A DNA stretch of 64,000 bases, from positions 1 through 64,000 of the IMG/VR virus record IMGVR_UViG_3300029310_000398; one strand, given 5' to 3'. The stretch's first letter is position 1, and each line of letters starts with the position of its first letter. The position numbers and the translations under genes were made by a program. Origin of the DNA: a virus. The notes below the pieces were generated by a model that saw nothing but the letters and a program-made list of their open reading frames with translations, was not told the origin of the DNA and did no database searches. Below are positions 49,460-59,809 of this stretch, piece by piece.

Positions 49460-49544
49460 TCGGCGACTTAACCTTACCGACAACTTAATATAGGAACGCA
49501 CAAAGATTGCGGTTATGATTATTATAATACATGATATAATTTAA

Positions 49545-49580
49545 GGAGAGCAACCCGACTATGGATTGCTCTCCTTTTTT
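49545..49580 (+). terminator. intrinsic terminator
   Basis: GGAGAGCAA-(12-nt loop containing CCCGACTA)-TTGCTCTCC followed by TTTTTT. Confidence 0.8.
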
Positions 49581-49581
49581 C

Positions 49582-51099
49582 TTATTCAGTTTTATCGTTC
49601 CCTCCGTCCGGCTTTTGTCGCAAACGCAAAACACGCCGGATGAATGGGCGGACGTATGTCTCGTCAGGTGCAAGGGAGTAGCCCAGCGCCTCCGCGTACT
49701 CCACCGCTTCGCGGGAGGGGGTTCTCCCCTCACCTACCTTACGGATAAAGCCCTGAATGGCTCTGGGAGCCTCCTCATAGGCTTCGTCGCCCTTGCGGGT
49801 GTATCCACCCTTCCCTGTCGCTTCCGCGCCGTCGTAGACGTTCCTGAGGCGTCCTCCGCGACCGTAGTAGCTTATGGAAACATCATCAAACTTCCGGATA
49901 CCCTTATCATCGAGGGACAGGTACTTGATATGGTCGCTTAGGTGCGCCAGCAGCTCTGGACCTTTGCGCGTTACGGCACAGGCGTAGAGTGTCAGGATGA
50001 GCCTCTCGAAGTTTCCGTAAATGACTCTATCTTCCGAATCGAGGAAAATCGAAAAGAAGAACCCAGTCTTGGTATCATAGTACCCACTCAAGTCTCCCTC
50101 GCAGGTGTCCAGACGGTAAAGCATATAGATGGAATCACCGTATAGAGTTTCCTTGAGCAAGACCTTTCGGATGATGTCTTTATCGCTTGTGAACTCGAAT
50201 ACAGCACCGTTTGCAGGGAGCGTCGAGCTTCGTTTCGTTCGCAGCAGTTCATGCATCTCATCAGGCAGCATCGGAGGCAGCGCAACAATAGAAAAGAACT
50301 TATTTGCGATGGCAGAAAAGCGGTTCTGCGGGAGTATGTCAAAGGTGTACTCATTGATGAGCGCCGCCATACTTGCAATCTGGTTGGAGAAGATTCTATC
50401 CACCTGCGTGTAGAGTTCTAAATCATCTGTGTTTTGGATATAGTCATATCCCCACTTACCGTAGATTTCCTTGATTTGAGCATTCAGTTCCAATGGGGAA
50501 CGGATTTTCCCGTCGAGATGACGACGCTCCAGTTCAAAGGATGGTTTGTCCAAGAAGGGGTAGGTATCTTCCATAACCAGTAGTTCACCGGTTGTTTTCA
50601 TACCGCAGACGACCTTGGTCAAATCGAACTTGTCAGGGCGCAGGTATTCCGTCTGTTGCAGGAGGATACTGAAGTAACAGTACACCACATCAATATTGAT
50701 GTTCGATTGATTCTCTTCCTTTGCGGTAAAGAGGAGCCGAGATGCGGCCATGAGGAAATCAAAGAACAAGGCGTACTCGGATTCCTTCTTGATTTTGTGA
50801 GCCGTAGCATTGAAGAAGCTGTGCAGTCCCTTGATAAATTTGTCGGGATTGGCGCCGGCCAGCTCTACCTGAGACTCGTATAGCCGAGAAAACGCCTTGC
50901 CCTCGATGTCACTGCAGAAGAAATACAACGACGATGACAACTCCGAGAACGGAATATTTTGCAATGTACTCACAGTGACGACCGCAGTATTCATAGTCCT
51001 CCGCTGCAATAGGTTTGCCGGTCCATAACCGTCACCGTATTTCCGGTCGAACCAGTTGCGCCACTTTTTTACGAGGGTGTAATCTGCATCCATTGCCAT
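49582..51099 (-). CDS. hypothetical protein (505 aa)
   Basis: Long clean ORF starting 36 nt downstream of the stop of the 236-aa gene. No motif recognised. Confidence 0.75.
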   Translation of the reverse strand: MAMDADYTLVKKWRNWFDRKYGDGYGPANLLQRRTMNTAVVTVSTLQNIPFSELSSSLYFFCSDIEGKAFSRLYESQVELAGANPDKFIKGLHSFFNATAHKIKKESEYALFFDFLMAASRLLFTAKEENQSNINIDVVYCYFSILLQQTEYLRPDKFDLTKVVCGMKTTGELLVMEDTYPFLDKPSFELERRHLDGKIRSPLELNAQIKEIYGKWGYDYIQNTDDLELYTQVDRIFSNQIASMAALINEYTFDILPQNRFSAIANKFFSIVALPPMLPDEMHELLRTKRSSTLPANGAVFEFTSDKDIIRKVLLKETLYGDSIYMLYRLDTCEGDLSGYYDTKTGFFFSIFLDSEDRVIYGNFERLILTLYACAVTRKGPELLAHLSDHIKYLSLDDKGIRKFDDVSISYYGRGGRLRNVYDGAEATGKGGYTRKGDEAYEEAPRAIQGFIRKVGEGRTPSREAVEYAEALGYSLAPDETYVRPFIRRVLRLRQKPDGGNDKTE

Positions 51100-51135
51100 T
51101 TCCGTCTACACTCCTTTTGCTTTACGTCGTTCTTT

Positions 51136-51846
51136 TTATTTTACCCCATTAAAAGGAAAATTTCCACACGTTTCTTTTTCATATAACCGTTTTCTTATTT
51201 TGTCAGTTATTCCAGTGGAAATCAAAACGCTATTCATTCTTTGCATTTCTTTGTATAATTCAGGTTTTGCGGCATTACAGTGACCAATAGGAAAGAGCAC
51301 AATATTACCCGTACAACAATTACCCTTAATATTCTTGAGCGCCGTTGTTGTACGTATATCATCCCATGCAGAAATTATGAACAAACGATATGCACTTATA
51401 AAGCGAGCCACAATTAAGGAATCTTTCGTTCCTACTTGCAGATTAAGCAAAGGCATTGCCATCAGTTCATATTGTTCCAATAAGTCAACTTTGTGTTTTA
51501 GCGCAGTATTCATAAGCCAAGGGTCATCTTCAAAGTCTAAGAAACAATAATTATTAAAAATATTTACTAATGTCTGATATTCAAGGAGCCCTTCTGTATA
51601 TGACCCAATAGCATCTACAAACTCCTCAATACAAAAAGATGCATCCTGAACACATTGTAACAATCCTACTAAATCTCTTTTATATTGAATTGCCGTGCTT
51701 TCACGTATCTGCTTACGTGTTTCTATTAAGGAGAAATAAGCAATAACAAGCGAAATCATCGCAACAATGGGTGTAGCCAAATCAGCAATTAAACATATTT
51801 GCTCATAAGTAAAAAATGGCAACATGATTGGCACATACAAAAGCAT
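51136..51846 (-). CDS. hypothetical membrane-anchored protein (236 aa) in a low-GC patch
   Basis: AAAGGATGACTCTAT precedes the ATG. Two N-terminal hydrophobic helices. Spot G+C counts give 25-30% here versus 45-55% in the flanks. Confidence 0.7.
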   Translation of the reverse strand: MLLYVPIMLPFFTYEQICLIADLATPIVAMISLVIAYFSLIETRKQIRESTAIQYKRDLVGLLQCVQDASFCIEEFVDAIGSYTEGLLEYQTLVNIFNNYCFLDFEDDPWLMNTALKHKVDLLEQYELMAMPLLNLQVGTKDSLIVARFISAYRLFIISAWDDIRTTTALKNIKGNCCTGNIVLFPIGHCNAAKPELYKEMQRMNSVLISTGITDKIRKRLYEKETCGNFPFNGVK

Positions 51847-51965
51847 ATAGAGTCATCCTTTCTATAAAATTATAATAGGAGCATGAGCACTTTTTACAGG
51901 CTCATGCTCCCGTTATAGACCTTCTCTTTTTAGTAGTTACGAATAAGCAAGGATACGGCCTAAAC

Positions 51966-52346
51966 CTACTCGGCATCATCCTCTTTGCGCCGGAAGTCTG
52001 AATTGGGCTGATTTGCTTCATCCTTAGCCCTATTATTGCTTTTCTTAAAAGCAATAATCCCACAGACCAATCCTCCGATAGCGAAGATAGGCATAAGCAC
52101 TCCGAGGGCACCGATAATACAACAGCCAACACCTACGCTGCTGAGGATAATAACAGTCTTGTTGTTAGCCTTAATGCCGCGTACCAAACCGATAATAGAA
52201 AATACGGCACCTACGCAAAGAATAAGGTAGAAAATGATTGCCACTACAATGAGTCCACCAGTCAATGCAAGCAATGTGTCAGTAGGAAAAGACTGAACAC
52301 CATTGACAATAACATCGCTTCCATTCCCACCATAAGGAAAATCCAT
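51966..52346 (-). CDS. small polytopic membrane protein (127 aa)
   Basis: ATG 52346 opens MDFPYGGNGSDVIV.. The track ORF carries 71 extra N-terminal codons that overlap the adhesin terminator. Three G/I/V-rich TM helices. Confidence 0.65.
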   Translation of the reverse strand: MDFPYGGNGSDVIVNGVQSFPTDTLLALTGGLIVVAIIFYLILCVGAVFSIIGLVRGIKANNKTVIILSSVGVGCCIIGALGVLMPIFAIGGLVCGIIAFKKSNNRAKDEANQPNSDFRRKEDDAE

Positions 52347-52383
52347 AGTTTTACTCTCTTTCCGGGGAGGTCCACTCCCCTGC

Positions 52384-52431
52384 TTTTTATTTTTGTAAAA
52401 ACAGGGGCGCAGGCACAAGGTCTGCGCCCCT
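52384..52431 (-). terminator. intrinsic terminator of the adhesin gene
   Basis: CAGGGGCGCAG-(9 nt)-CTGCGCCCCTG 11-bp stem, followed on the - strand by TTTTTAC. Confidence 0.85.
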
Positions 52432-52468
52432 GAATTCACTTTTGAGTGATGCTCAGGCGGGGTTATGC

Positions 52469-55400
52469 TTACTCGGCGAACTGCTCCTTCTTGCGACGGA
52501 ACATGAACATCGCCGTAGCGCAGCAAGCGATGGCACTGAACGTACCCAGCATAGCCCACAGGCCGATGCCTTCATCGCCGGTCTGGACGCTATCGCGGAA
52601 GTACACCGTCTGAGCGCCGTCCATCAGGTCGTTGTGCGTTGCAATGACATTGCCGGCTTCGGCCTTGCCTTCGTACAGTGTCTCGAACACAACGATGGCG
52701 TGGTCCTTCAGCTTGGATGCGTCGAACTTGAACGTAACGTTCACAGCGCCATTGGCGGACTTGGGAGTGAAGGTGGTGGAGGCGGTAATCAGGTTGCCGT
52801 TGTTGTCCTTCAGGGCAACGCCGGTATCCTTATCCATCAGCGTACCAACCAGCACGTAGGTCTTACCCACGGTCAGGCCGGTGTAGTTGACAGTATCCAC
52901 GATTTTCACGTTCTTGCCAGCCACGGAGTTCTTCTTGTCCTTGCCGTCGAAGGTGGCAGTCGTAGAGATGCTCGGACCGGAATAGGTCGGGATGCGCTTG
53001 ATAGTCACGGTCTGGTCAACATCGTTGATGTCGGTGTGAGTAGCGACCGTAGTGCCATTGCGGGTCAGAGTCTCGAACACGACCAGTGTCTTGCCGCCCA
53101 GAATGGACGCATCGAACACGAAGCTCACATCCACAGTACCGTCAGAAGACTTAGCCTCAAATTCGGTAGTAGCGGTGATTTCCTTGTTGTTGCGGCCCAG
53201 AACGGGCTTGCCGGTAGCTTTGTCCATCAGAGTGCCGGTCACGGTATACTTATTACCAGCAATCAGGCCCTTGTAGGACACGGTATCAATCAGCTCAACC
53301 TTGCTGTAGGCCCAGAATTCCTTCTTGCCATCAGCAGCGTTCTTGGCAGAGGTCTTGATTTCGGGATTATTGACGGTCACGGTCTGGTCAGCATCATTGA
53401 TGTCGGCGTGGACAGCGATTTCAATATCCTTGTACTGCAGGGACTCGAACACGACGATGGACTCGCCACGCAGCAGAGAAGCGTCGAGGACGAAGATGAC
53501 GTCCACGGTGCCCTTGGAAGCCTCGGCGGTGAAGGTGGTGGAAGCGGTAATTTCCTTACCGTCCTTATCCTTCAGAGGCTCGTTGGTGGCCTTGTTCATC
53601 AGCTTACCGGAGACAGTGTACTTCTCACCGACAATCAGGCCGGAGTAAGACACGGTATCCTTGATTTCAGCGCGAGCTTCGGGGTCAAGAGTCTTGCCGT
53701 TGGTGGCGTTGTTCACGGCCTTGGTGCCGATTTCTGGAACGCCGATGGTAACGGTCTGGCCCTCATCGTTGATGTCCTCATGGCTCACAAACACGGGCTT
53801 ATCGGAGTCACCGGGAACAATCTCGTTGCCCAGATACACACGCTCGAATACCACCAGAGACTTGCCGGCCAGCTCAGTGGCATTGAAGACGAACTTCACG
53901 TCCACAGTGCCAGTAGCCTGCTCAGGAGTGAACACCTTGTAGGCGGTAATGGGCTCGCCCTTGGCATCGGTGACGGGCTTGCCGGTTGCCTTATCCATCA
54001 GAGTACCGATAGCAATGAACTCCTTACCCACAGGCATATTCTCATAGGAGATGGTATCAACCAGAATCACATCGTCCAGAGGCATAAATTCCTTGCCGCC
54101 GGCGGAGTTCTTCGCGGTAGTACCAATCTTGGGATTCAGGACGGTCACGGTCTGGTCAACATCGTTGATGTCGGCATGAGTCGCAACGACCTTCTCACCA
54201 CGCTTCAGGTCCTCGAAAGCAACGAGGGACTCGCCGCCCAGCAGAGAAGCATCGAAGGTGAACTCCAGCTCCACATAGCCGGTAAAGTCAGCCTCGGCCT
54301 TGAAGGTCTTGGAAGCAGTGATGCGGTTGCCCTGAGCATCCAGCAGAGGCTCACCGGTGGACTTGACCACCAGATAGCCCTCGACCGTATAGGTCTTGTT
54401 GGGGATGACATCAGTGCATTCCACCTTATCAATGATAGTGACGGAGGTGGAGGGAATGATTTCCTTGTTGCCGTCCTTATCGGTGGCAGTGGTCTTGACC
54501 TTGGGGGTCACGGCCTCATCCTCAGCGACGATGCTCACGGTCACAAGACCGGTCTCAGCGTCCAGAGAGATGGTGTCGGGAGTGACATCAAAGCGGATGG
54601 GAGTGTCCATCAGCTCGTAGCCCTTGGGGGCCTTGGTCTCGACCAGATGATAGCCCTCGCCATAAGGCAGGACCAGAGGAGTCACAAAGTAACCCTCGTC
54701 ATTGGTCACGAATGTATCAATATACTTGACAGTGGGATAAGTGACCTTCTGAGACACCTTGTTGCCATCGGGGTCATAAATCTGGAATTCAGCGCCGCCC
54801 CAAGGAATGACTTCGCCATCGAACTCATCGACCTTCACAACGCGCAGATACGCAGTGATGGGGCCGTTGTTGACAGCCAAATCATGATGGTCACGGTCAA
54901 CTTCGCCAACCAGAACGGTGAACTCAGGCGCGAGCCCCGCACCCTTATCCCCGGCCTTGGTCTGATGCACCACATAGGTGCCGTAGGGCAGCTCGATGGA
55001 CTTGCCGCTGTAACCCAAGACGTTGGTCGTCAGGATACCGCGCTCGTCATCCTTAGCGTTCTCGTAAGAGCCGGCGGACTGCAGCCAATACTTGAACTCT
55101 GCACCGCCCTCGAACTTAGCGGGACCGGAGGTGCCGTCGGAGATGAACTTGGTGATGGCGAAGGTGCCGCGATTGATGACCTCGACAGAGGTAATCTGGG
55201 GAGCAACGTTGTGTTCGATACGGTAGTTCTCCGGCTCGGCGCCGACGCGATACACGCCCTCATCAATCTGATAGCCAGTGGGCGCCTTGATTTCACGGAT
55301 GGTGTAATCATAGCCGCAGATGTACTCGTCAGTGGTGAGCTTGCCATCGCTGCCGATAACGTACTCCTTCACCAGCTCGTCACCCTTATACAGACCGTAC

Positions 55401-58099
55401 ACAGCACCCTCAAAGACACCATCACCGCGAGGGATGTTGCCAGTCTCAGCGTCCGTCTTCTCCACAGTGACCTTCCACTTCTTCAGTACGTTGCTCACAG
55501 CCGTATCGGTCGTCTTCTGGTACTCGACCACAAGACCTTCCTGAACAGCGGGGATGACGTACTTCACAGCGGTATCGACCTCTTCCAGCGTGTAGTTGTT
55601 GCCAATCAGGACGTCCTTGAAGATGGCGACGCCGTCAGCGTTGGTGGTAGCGGTCATGTCCACAGCATCGCCGGAAATGGCCGTGCCGTACAGACGGAAG
55701 GTAATACCCTCGACCAGACCATCCTCGGAGGTCTTAGTCACGCGCAGGTCGCCGCGCTTGAGCTTGTTGTAGACTTCCACATCAGTGGTGTTGCCCAGCG
55801 TCACCTTGACACCAGCCTTCACCTCAGGAACAAGGTACTTCGCAGCGGTGTTGACTTCCTCAACGCTGTAATTGTTACCAATCAGAACGTTATTGAAAGT
55901 AGCGATACCGTTTGCGTCAGTAACAGCGGTCATGTCAACGGTCTCACCGTTGATGGCCGTACCGTACAGCCGGAACGTGATACCGGCGGTCTTACCGTCC
56001 TCAGAGGTCTTCTTGACCTCAACGGCACCGCGAGCCAGCTTGTTCTCGAACTGCAGGTTGGTCGTCTTGTTCAGAGAAATGGTCACACCCTCCTGAATGG
56101 CGGGAACGACATATCTCTCAGCGGTGTTGATTTCCTGCACGGTGTAGTTGTTACCGATAAGGATATCCTTAAACAGAATCACACCGTTCTCATCGGTGGT
56201 AGCCGTCTCGTTGACAGCCGCACCGGAGATGGAAGTACCGGACAGGCGGAAAGTCATACCGGACACGAAGCCATCTTCGGAAGTCTTCGTGATTTTCAGA
56301 TTACCGCGAGCCAGCTTATTCTCGAACTTGGCTTCAGTGGCGGCGTTGTACTCAACGACAACACCAGCCTGAACTTCAGGAACCACATACTTTGCAGCGG
56401 TATTGATTTCCTCAAGTTTGTAGTTCTTACCAATGGGAACGTTGTTGAAAGTGGCAACGCCGTTCGCATCGGTAGTAGCAGTCATGTTCACGGACGTACC
56501 GGCAGCGGAAGTGCCGGACAGCCGGAAGGTATGACCGGCAACCTGACCATCCTCAGACATCTTCGTAATCTTGACAGTGCCCTTCTTCAGAACGTTGTTG
56601 AAGCTCACTGTTTTGACGTCTCCGATTGCGATGGTCACAGTCTGAGATGTCGTCGGAATGTAGTTTTCCGACGTCTTCTCTGTCACAGTGTACGTACCGG
56701 GCTGCAGGTCAGCAATGGTGATTTTGCCGTTGGCAGCAGTTGCCACGGTTTTGCTGAAACCGTTGGGACCGGTCACGGTGAAGCTCACGCCGCCAACCTT
56801 GCTATCCTCAGAGGTCTTGGCAATGGTCAGGTCTCCGGTGGTCTTCGTGACCTTTGCTCTGACGTAAGCCGTAACAGGGTCAGGCCAACCATTCAGAGCA
56901 ACGCAGTCCTGCTTGCCTCCGCCAGCGACAAGAACATAGGCGTTGACGCTATCGGGGTCAATCACATTACCCTCGGAAGGATTGGAGGCGATACCATCCA
57001 GCATACTCTTCGCTGCCTCGGCTGTGGCGTTGATTGTCAGATTGTAACCGCTTTGGATTGTTTCCACCCCGGCCAGATTGAACGTAAAGTCTTCGAAGTT
57101 CGGAAGAACTCTGTTTGAGTCGTACTCTGTTGCTGTCCACTTAGAGCCATCCCACTCAAGTTCAATATCTTTTCTGAAATCTGTGGGACGGTAAACAGCA
57201 AAGCTGGGGATTTCAGCGTGCTGGTTAATCATGCTCCAAATGTAATCGTGAGCAGCCTTGATATAAGGTGCAACTTCAGGGTCATAAGCATGACCGGGAC
57301 CCACAAACAGGTCACTCAAGTCTGAGTAAGGGCCAACAATCTCCCAAATTACTTCCTGAGTAGCGCACCATGCATACGTGCCATTGCCGGCATAAGACAG
57401 AAGTGTTCTATCATCCACACCACCATATCCGTAGGCAAGAGCAAGACGGACATCATCGCTACCCCAAAAAGTATTTGCATCAACAGAAGTGCCACTACCG
57501 GGAGCTCCCTTGTGAGGTTCGATACAATAAGCGGGCTGGCCGTTGAAATATTTTACAACAGCGCTTGTATACGGCTCAAATGTTGACAGCCACGTACTGT
57601 TGTAACTCATATCGTCACCGGTCGTAATGGTTCCGGAGGAACGAGCGGGTGCTCTCATGGCACTGATAGCTCTGGGTGCGTTCTGCGCTGACCCGTAAAG
57701 GACGGAAACGCTCACAGGCGTATCTTCTCCAGCGTAGGGGTCCTGAAGCCCCTCCTCCGTCACGGACGTTTTGACAGACTCATCCTTACCAGCCCCGGAT
57801 TTATCTTCACCCAGAGCAGCCTGCCCATTTTCGGAGGAGCTTTCTTTATCCTCAATGACGGGAGAATCAGACTTCTCACTGTCATCAGGATTCTTTGTGT
57901 CTTCTGTGGCGTTATAAACCAAATCGCCATCGCCAGAATCAGTCTTCCCGACCTCCACAGGGTCAGAAACACTTCCGATAACGACCGAATTACTGCCGCC
58001 ATCCGCATCCGCTGCATACACGGATGTCGGGAGCAATCCGACCACCATCACCAGCGTCAGCAACATAGCTACTACGCCACGCAGCTTCTTGTGTTTCAT
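52469..58099 (-). CDS. giant cell-wall-anchored adhesin (1876 aa): signal peptide, thioester-type head, CnaB/SpaA-type repeats, Thr-Gln ester-bond (VaFE-type) repeats, sorting signal
   Basis: Signal peptide MKHKKLRGVVAMLLTLVMVVGLLPTSVYA. AYCIEP (Cys192) and ATQEVIW (Gln248) resemble the TQxA thioester domain. The repeats carry HxDxxDxxQT motifs such as HADINDVDQTVTV. C-terminal VQTGD, hydrophobic helix and RRKKE. Confidence 0.85.
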   Translation of the reverse strand: MKHKKLRGVVAMLLTLVMVVGLLPTSVYAADADGGSNSVVIGSVSDPVEVGKTDSGDGDLVYNATEDTKNPDDSEKSDSPVIEDKESSSENGQAALGEDKSGAGKDESVKTSVTEEGLQDPYAGEDTPVSVSVLYGSAQNAPRAISAMRAPARSSGTITTGDDMSYNSTWLSTFEPYTSAVVKYFNGQPAYCIEPHKGAPGSGTSVDANTFWGSDDVRLALAYGYGGVDDRTLLSYAGNGTYAWCATQEVIWEIVGPYSDLSDLFVGPGHAYDPEVAPYIKAAHDYIWSMINQHAEIPSFAVYRPTDFRKDIELEWDGSKWTATEYDSNRVLPNFEDFTFNLAGVETIQSGYNLTINATAEAAKSMLDGIASNPSEGNVIDPDSVNAYVLVAGGGKQDCVALNGWPDPVTAYVRAKVTKTTGDLTIAKTSEDSKVGGVSFTVTGPNGFSKTVATAANGKITIADLQPGTYTVTEKTSENYIPTTSQTVTIAIGDVKTVSFNNVLKKGTVKITKMSEDGQVAGHTFRLSGTSAAGTSVNMTATTDANGVATFNNVPIGKNYKLEEINTAAKYVVPEVQAGVVVEYNAATEAKFENKLARGNLKITKTSEDGFVSGMTFRLSGTSISGAAVNETATTDENGVILFKDILIGNNYTVQEINTAERYVVPAIQEGVTISLNKTTNLQFENKLARGAVEVKKTSEDGKTAGITFRLYGTAINGETVDMTAVTDANGIATFNNVLIGNNYSVEEVNTAAKYLVPEVKAGVKVTLGNTTDVEVYNKLKRGDLRVTKTSEDGLVEGITFRLYGTAISGDAVDMTATTNADGVAIFKDVLIGNNYTLEEVDTAVKYVIPAVQEGLVVEYQKTTDTAVSNVLKKWKVTVEKTDAETGNIPRGDGVFEGAVYGLYKGDELVKEYVIGSDGKLTTDEYICGYDYTIREIKAPTGYQIDEGVYRVGAEPENYRIEHNVAPQITSVEVINRGTFAITKFISDGTSGPAKFEGGAEFKYWLQSAGSYENAKDDERGILTTNVLGYSGKSIELPYGTYVVHQTKAGDKGAGLAPEFTVLVGEVDRDHHDLAVNNGPITAYLRVVKVDEFDGEVIPWGGAEFQIYDPDGNKVSQKVTYPTVKYIDTFVTNDEGYFVTPLVLPYGEGYHLVETKAPKGYELMDTPIRFDVTPDTISLDAETGLVTVSIVAEDEAVTPKVKTTATDKDGNKEIIPSTSVTIIDKVECTDVIPNKTYTVEGYLVVKSTGEPLLDAQGNRITASKTFKAEADFTGYVELEFTFDASLLGGESLVAFEDLKRGEKVVATHADINDVDQTVTVLNPKIGTTAKNSAGGKEFMPLDDVILVDTISYENMPVGKEFIAIGTLMDKATGKPVTDAKGEPITAYKVFTPEQATGTVDVKFVFNATELAGKSLVVFERVYLGNEIVPGDSDKPVFVSHEDINDEGQTVTIGVPEIGTKAVNNATNGKTLDPEARAEIKDTVSYSGLIVGEKYTVSGKLMNKATNEPLKDKDGKEITASTTFTAEASKGTVDVIFVLDASLLRGESIVVFESLQYKDIEIAVHADINDADQTVTVNNPEIKTSAKNAADGKKEFWAYSKVELIDTVSYKGLIAGNKYTVTGTLMDKATGKPVLGRNNKEITATTEFEAKSSDGTVDVSFVFDASILGGKTLVVFETLTRNGTTVATHTDINDVDQTVTIKRIPTYSGPSISTTATFDGKDKKNSVAGKNVKIVDTVNYTGLTVGKTYVLVGTLMDKDTGVALKDNNGNLITASTTFTPKSANGAVNVTFKFDASKLKDHAIVVFETLYEGKAEAGNVIATHNDLMDGAQTVYFRDSVQTGDEGIGLWAMLGTFSAIACCATAMFMFRRKKEQFAE
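52595..54502 (-). repeat. five tandem ester-bond-type Ig repeats (aa 1200-1835, about 125-130 aa each)
   Basis: Recurrent pattern ..TTA.......(I/L)(I/V)DTV.Y.(G)L..G..Y...G.LM(D/N)KATG.P.......I.A...F......G.V.V.F.F(D/N)AS.L.G...VVFE......H.DI(N)D..QTV. Confidence 0.8.
55478..56581 (-). repeat. four tandem 92-aa CnaB/SpaA-type repeats (aa 507-874) within the adhesin
   Basis: Units of G.(L/V)K(I/V)TKTSEDG...G.TFRL.GT...G..V.MTA.TD.NG.A.F..V.IG.NY...E..TA.(K/R)Y..P repeat with a period of about 276 nt. A more divergent unit lies at aa 422-506. Confidence 0.8.
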
Positions 58100-58298
58100 G
58101 GTTTTTGAAATCTCCTTTCAAAAAGTTTTGAAGATTAACCGGCCTTCCTACCTTTACATGAATATGATATTTTGCCAAGTTCGAGATGTGAAAAAGGTAG
58201 GAGACCGACGCTCTCCATAATCCCATAGTAGCATATTCGATTATATTGTCAACACATCTGAAGCTGCAAATTTTTTGATGTTTTATAAAGAGTTCAAA

Positions 58299-58330
58299 GC
58301 AAAAAAAAGCAGCGGCATCGCCGCTGCTTT
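58299..58330 (-). terminator. intrinsic terminator of the lipoprotein gene (bidirectional shape)
   Basis: GCAGCGG-CATCG-CCGCTGC stem, flanked by A8 on one side and T4 on the other. Confidence 0.75.
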
Positions 58331-58351
58331 TCTAAATTTAATTGAAACTTG

Positions 58352-59533
58352 TTACGCTGCGTAGTAAACGAAAATCTCGTGGTATCCAGCAGAGGCATTC
58401 CAACGAACCACGCAGTTGACGGCGGAAGCGCAACCCTCAGGGACTTCATCAACAGGACTCCAACGCCCAAGGCGGATGGCAGTTTCCTTAACATAATCCA
58501 CCTTCTGCTTAATTGCAGACTCAACCCATTCCTGATTCCAACAAGACTCAGGACAATCGCGCTCCAAGTAAATGGGAGGGAAATAGCTTCTGCTGCCATC
58601 CCAAATCTCAAAACCTACGCTTTCCGCGTAAGCATTTCCAGCAGCCATAGCTGCGGAACAGTCGATATCAGCCTTGGTGGGCTTGGTGGGCTCGGTGGGA
58701 GTAGTAGAACCACCACCAGTGGAACCGCTGTTGTCGTCAGAGGGCTTGCTGGGAGTAGTGCTGCCACCGTTGTTGCCGGTGTTACCGGTGTTACCGCCGG
58801 AGGGCTGGTCAGGCGTGGTAGTCTGCTTGTTGTTCTGGTAGTAGGCCCAAGCCTCGTCAGCAGTACGACCGCCGGCTGCCTTCTTGGAACCCGCGCCCCA
58901 CTGACCGTCAGCGGTCACGCCATACCAACGCTGCAGCTCCTTCACCTGAGCAGTAGTCAGGCTGCCGTTGTCATAGCTGGGAGTAGAGGGCTTCTGAGAG
59001 GGAGTCTCCGTCTTGGTGTCATTCTTGGTATCGCTCTTGTTGTCAGACTTGTTATCCGTCTTCGTGTCGGTCTTTGTGTCCGTCTTGGAGGTATCCTGCT
59101 TATTGTCAGCGGGCTTCTTCTCATCCTTCTTGGACTCGTCAACCTTGGTCTCGGTCTTCTTGTCGTCGGCCTTGACCTCATCCTTGGCATCGGTCTTATC
59201 CTCGGTCTTCTGAGCATCATCGACCTTGGGTTCCTCCGCCTTCTCATCTGCCACGTTTCCGGACTGCTCGACATAAGCGGTGATATCCTCCGCCTTGACG
59301 ACCACATTGCCATCCGCATCCAGCACATTGCCGTCCGCATCCAGCGTGAAGTCGGTCACTGCCTTGCCGTCCTTGTCCACCAGAACCTTTTCGCCGGTCT
59401 CAGTCGTCTGCACGTAGCATCCGATTTCCTCGCCGGTCTTGGTTTCCTCGCTGGCCTTGTTACCACAGGCCACCAAACTCATGGTCATCACCAGAGCCAG
59501 CAGCAGGGCCATAAAATTCTTCATCTTTTTCAT
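58352..59533 (-). CDS. lipoprotein (about 394 aa) with a K/D/T-rich linker and a peptidoglycan-binding-like motif
   Basis: AAGAAAGGAAC precedes ATGACAATG; start at 59533, or 59539 as an alternative. Lipobox MSLVACG. LQRWYGVTADGQWGAGS resembles PG_binding_1. The 112-114 extra N-terminal codons in the track ORF run across the promoter. Confidence 0.75.
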   Translation of the reverse strand: MKKMKNFMALLLALVMTMSLVACGNKASEETKTGEEIGCYVQTTETGEKVLVDKDGKAVTDFTLDADGNVLDADGNVVVKAEDITAYVEQSGNVADEKAEEPKVDDAQKTEDKTDAKDEVKADDKKTETKVDESKKDEKKPADNKQDTSKTDTKTDTKTDNKSDNKSDTKNDTKTETPSQKPSTPSYDNGSLTTAQVKELQRWYGVTADGQWGAGSKKAAGGRTADEAWAYYQNNKQTTTPDQPSGGNTGNTGNNGGSTTPSKPSDDNSGSTGGGSTTPTEPTKPTKADIDCSAAMAAGNAYAESVGFEIWDGSRSYFPPIYLERDCPESCWNQEWVESAIKQKVDYVKETAIRLGRWSPVDEVPEGCASAVNCVVRWNASAGYHEIFVYYAA

Positions 59534-59645
59534 TGTCATAGTTCCTTTCTTAAAATTCAAAATTTGCTCAGGGAATGTATTCAAATAAATGACCAGTGCG
59601 CGAGGATTTGTTCTGTGGAAACTTGACATTATTTTTGATGTGCTG

Positions 59646-59674
59646 ACTATAACACGAATATAAAAAAATGTCAA
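59646..59674 (-). promoter_or_regulatory. promoter of the lipoprotein gene, twin of the nuclease promoter
   Basis: On the - strand: TTGACA (59674-59669), 17-nt spacer, TATAGT (59651-59646). The 33-nt block 59645-59677 differs from 40247-40279 at one position. Confidence 0.7.
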
Positions 59675-59809
59675 GTCTCGATTTTGTAAAAATATGAATC
59701 CGAGGTGCAAAAAGCACAAGGTCTTGTGTTCCAAAAAATCTGAAACCCTTGATGTAGCAACAGCTTCAGCAGTCCACTGCCCTCCAAATTTCTCCTGAAA
59801 ATTTTTTGC

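Noticed and set aside
52442-57118. 1558-aa ORF on the + strand
   Set aside because: It is antisense to the well-supported adhesin gene, which has a signal peptide, domain repeats and a sorting signal. It has no SD. Its G/L/V/H/D-rich repetitive sequence is simply the mirror of the adhesin codons.
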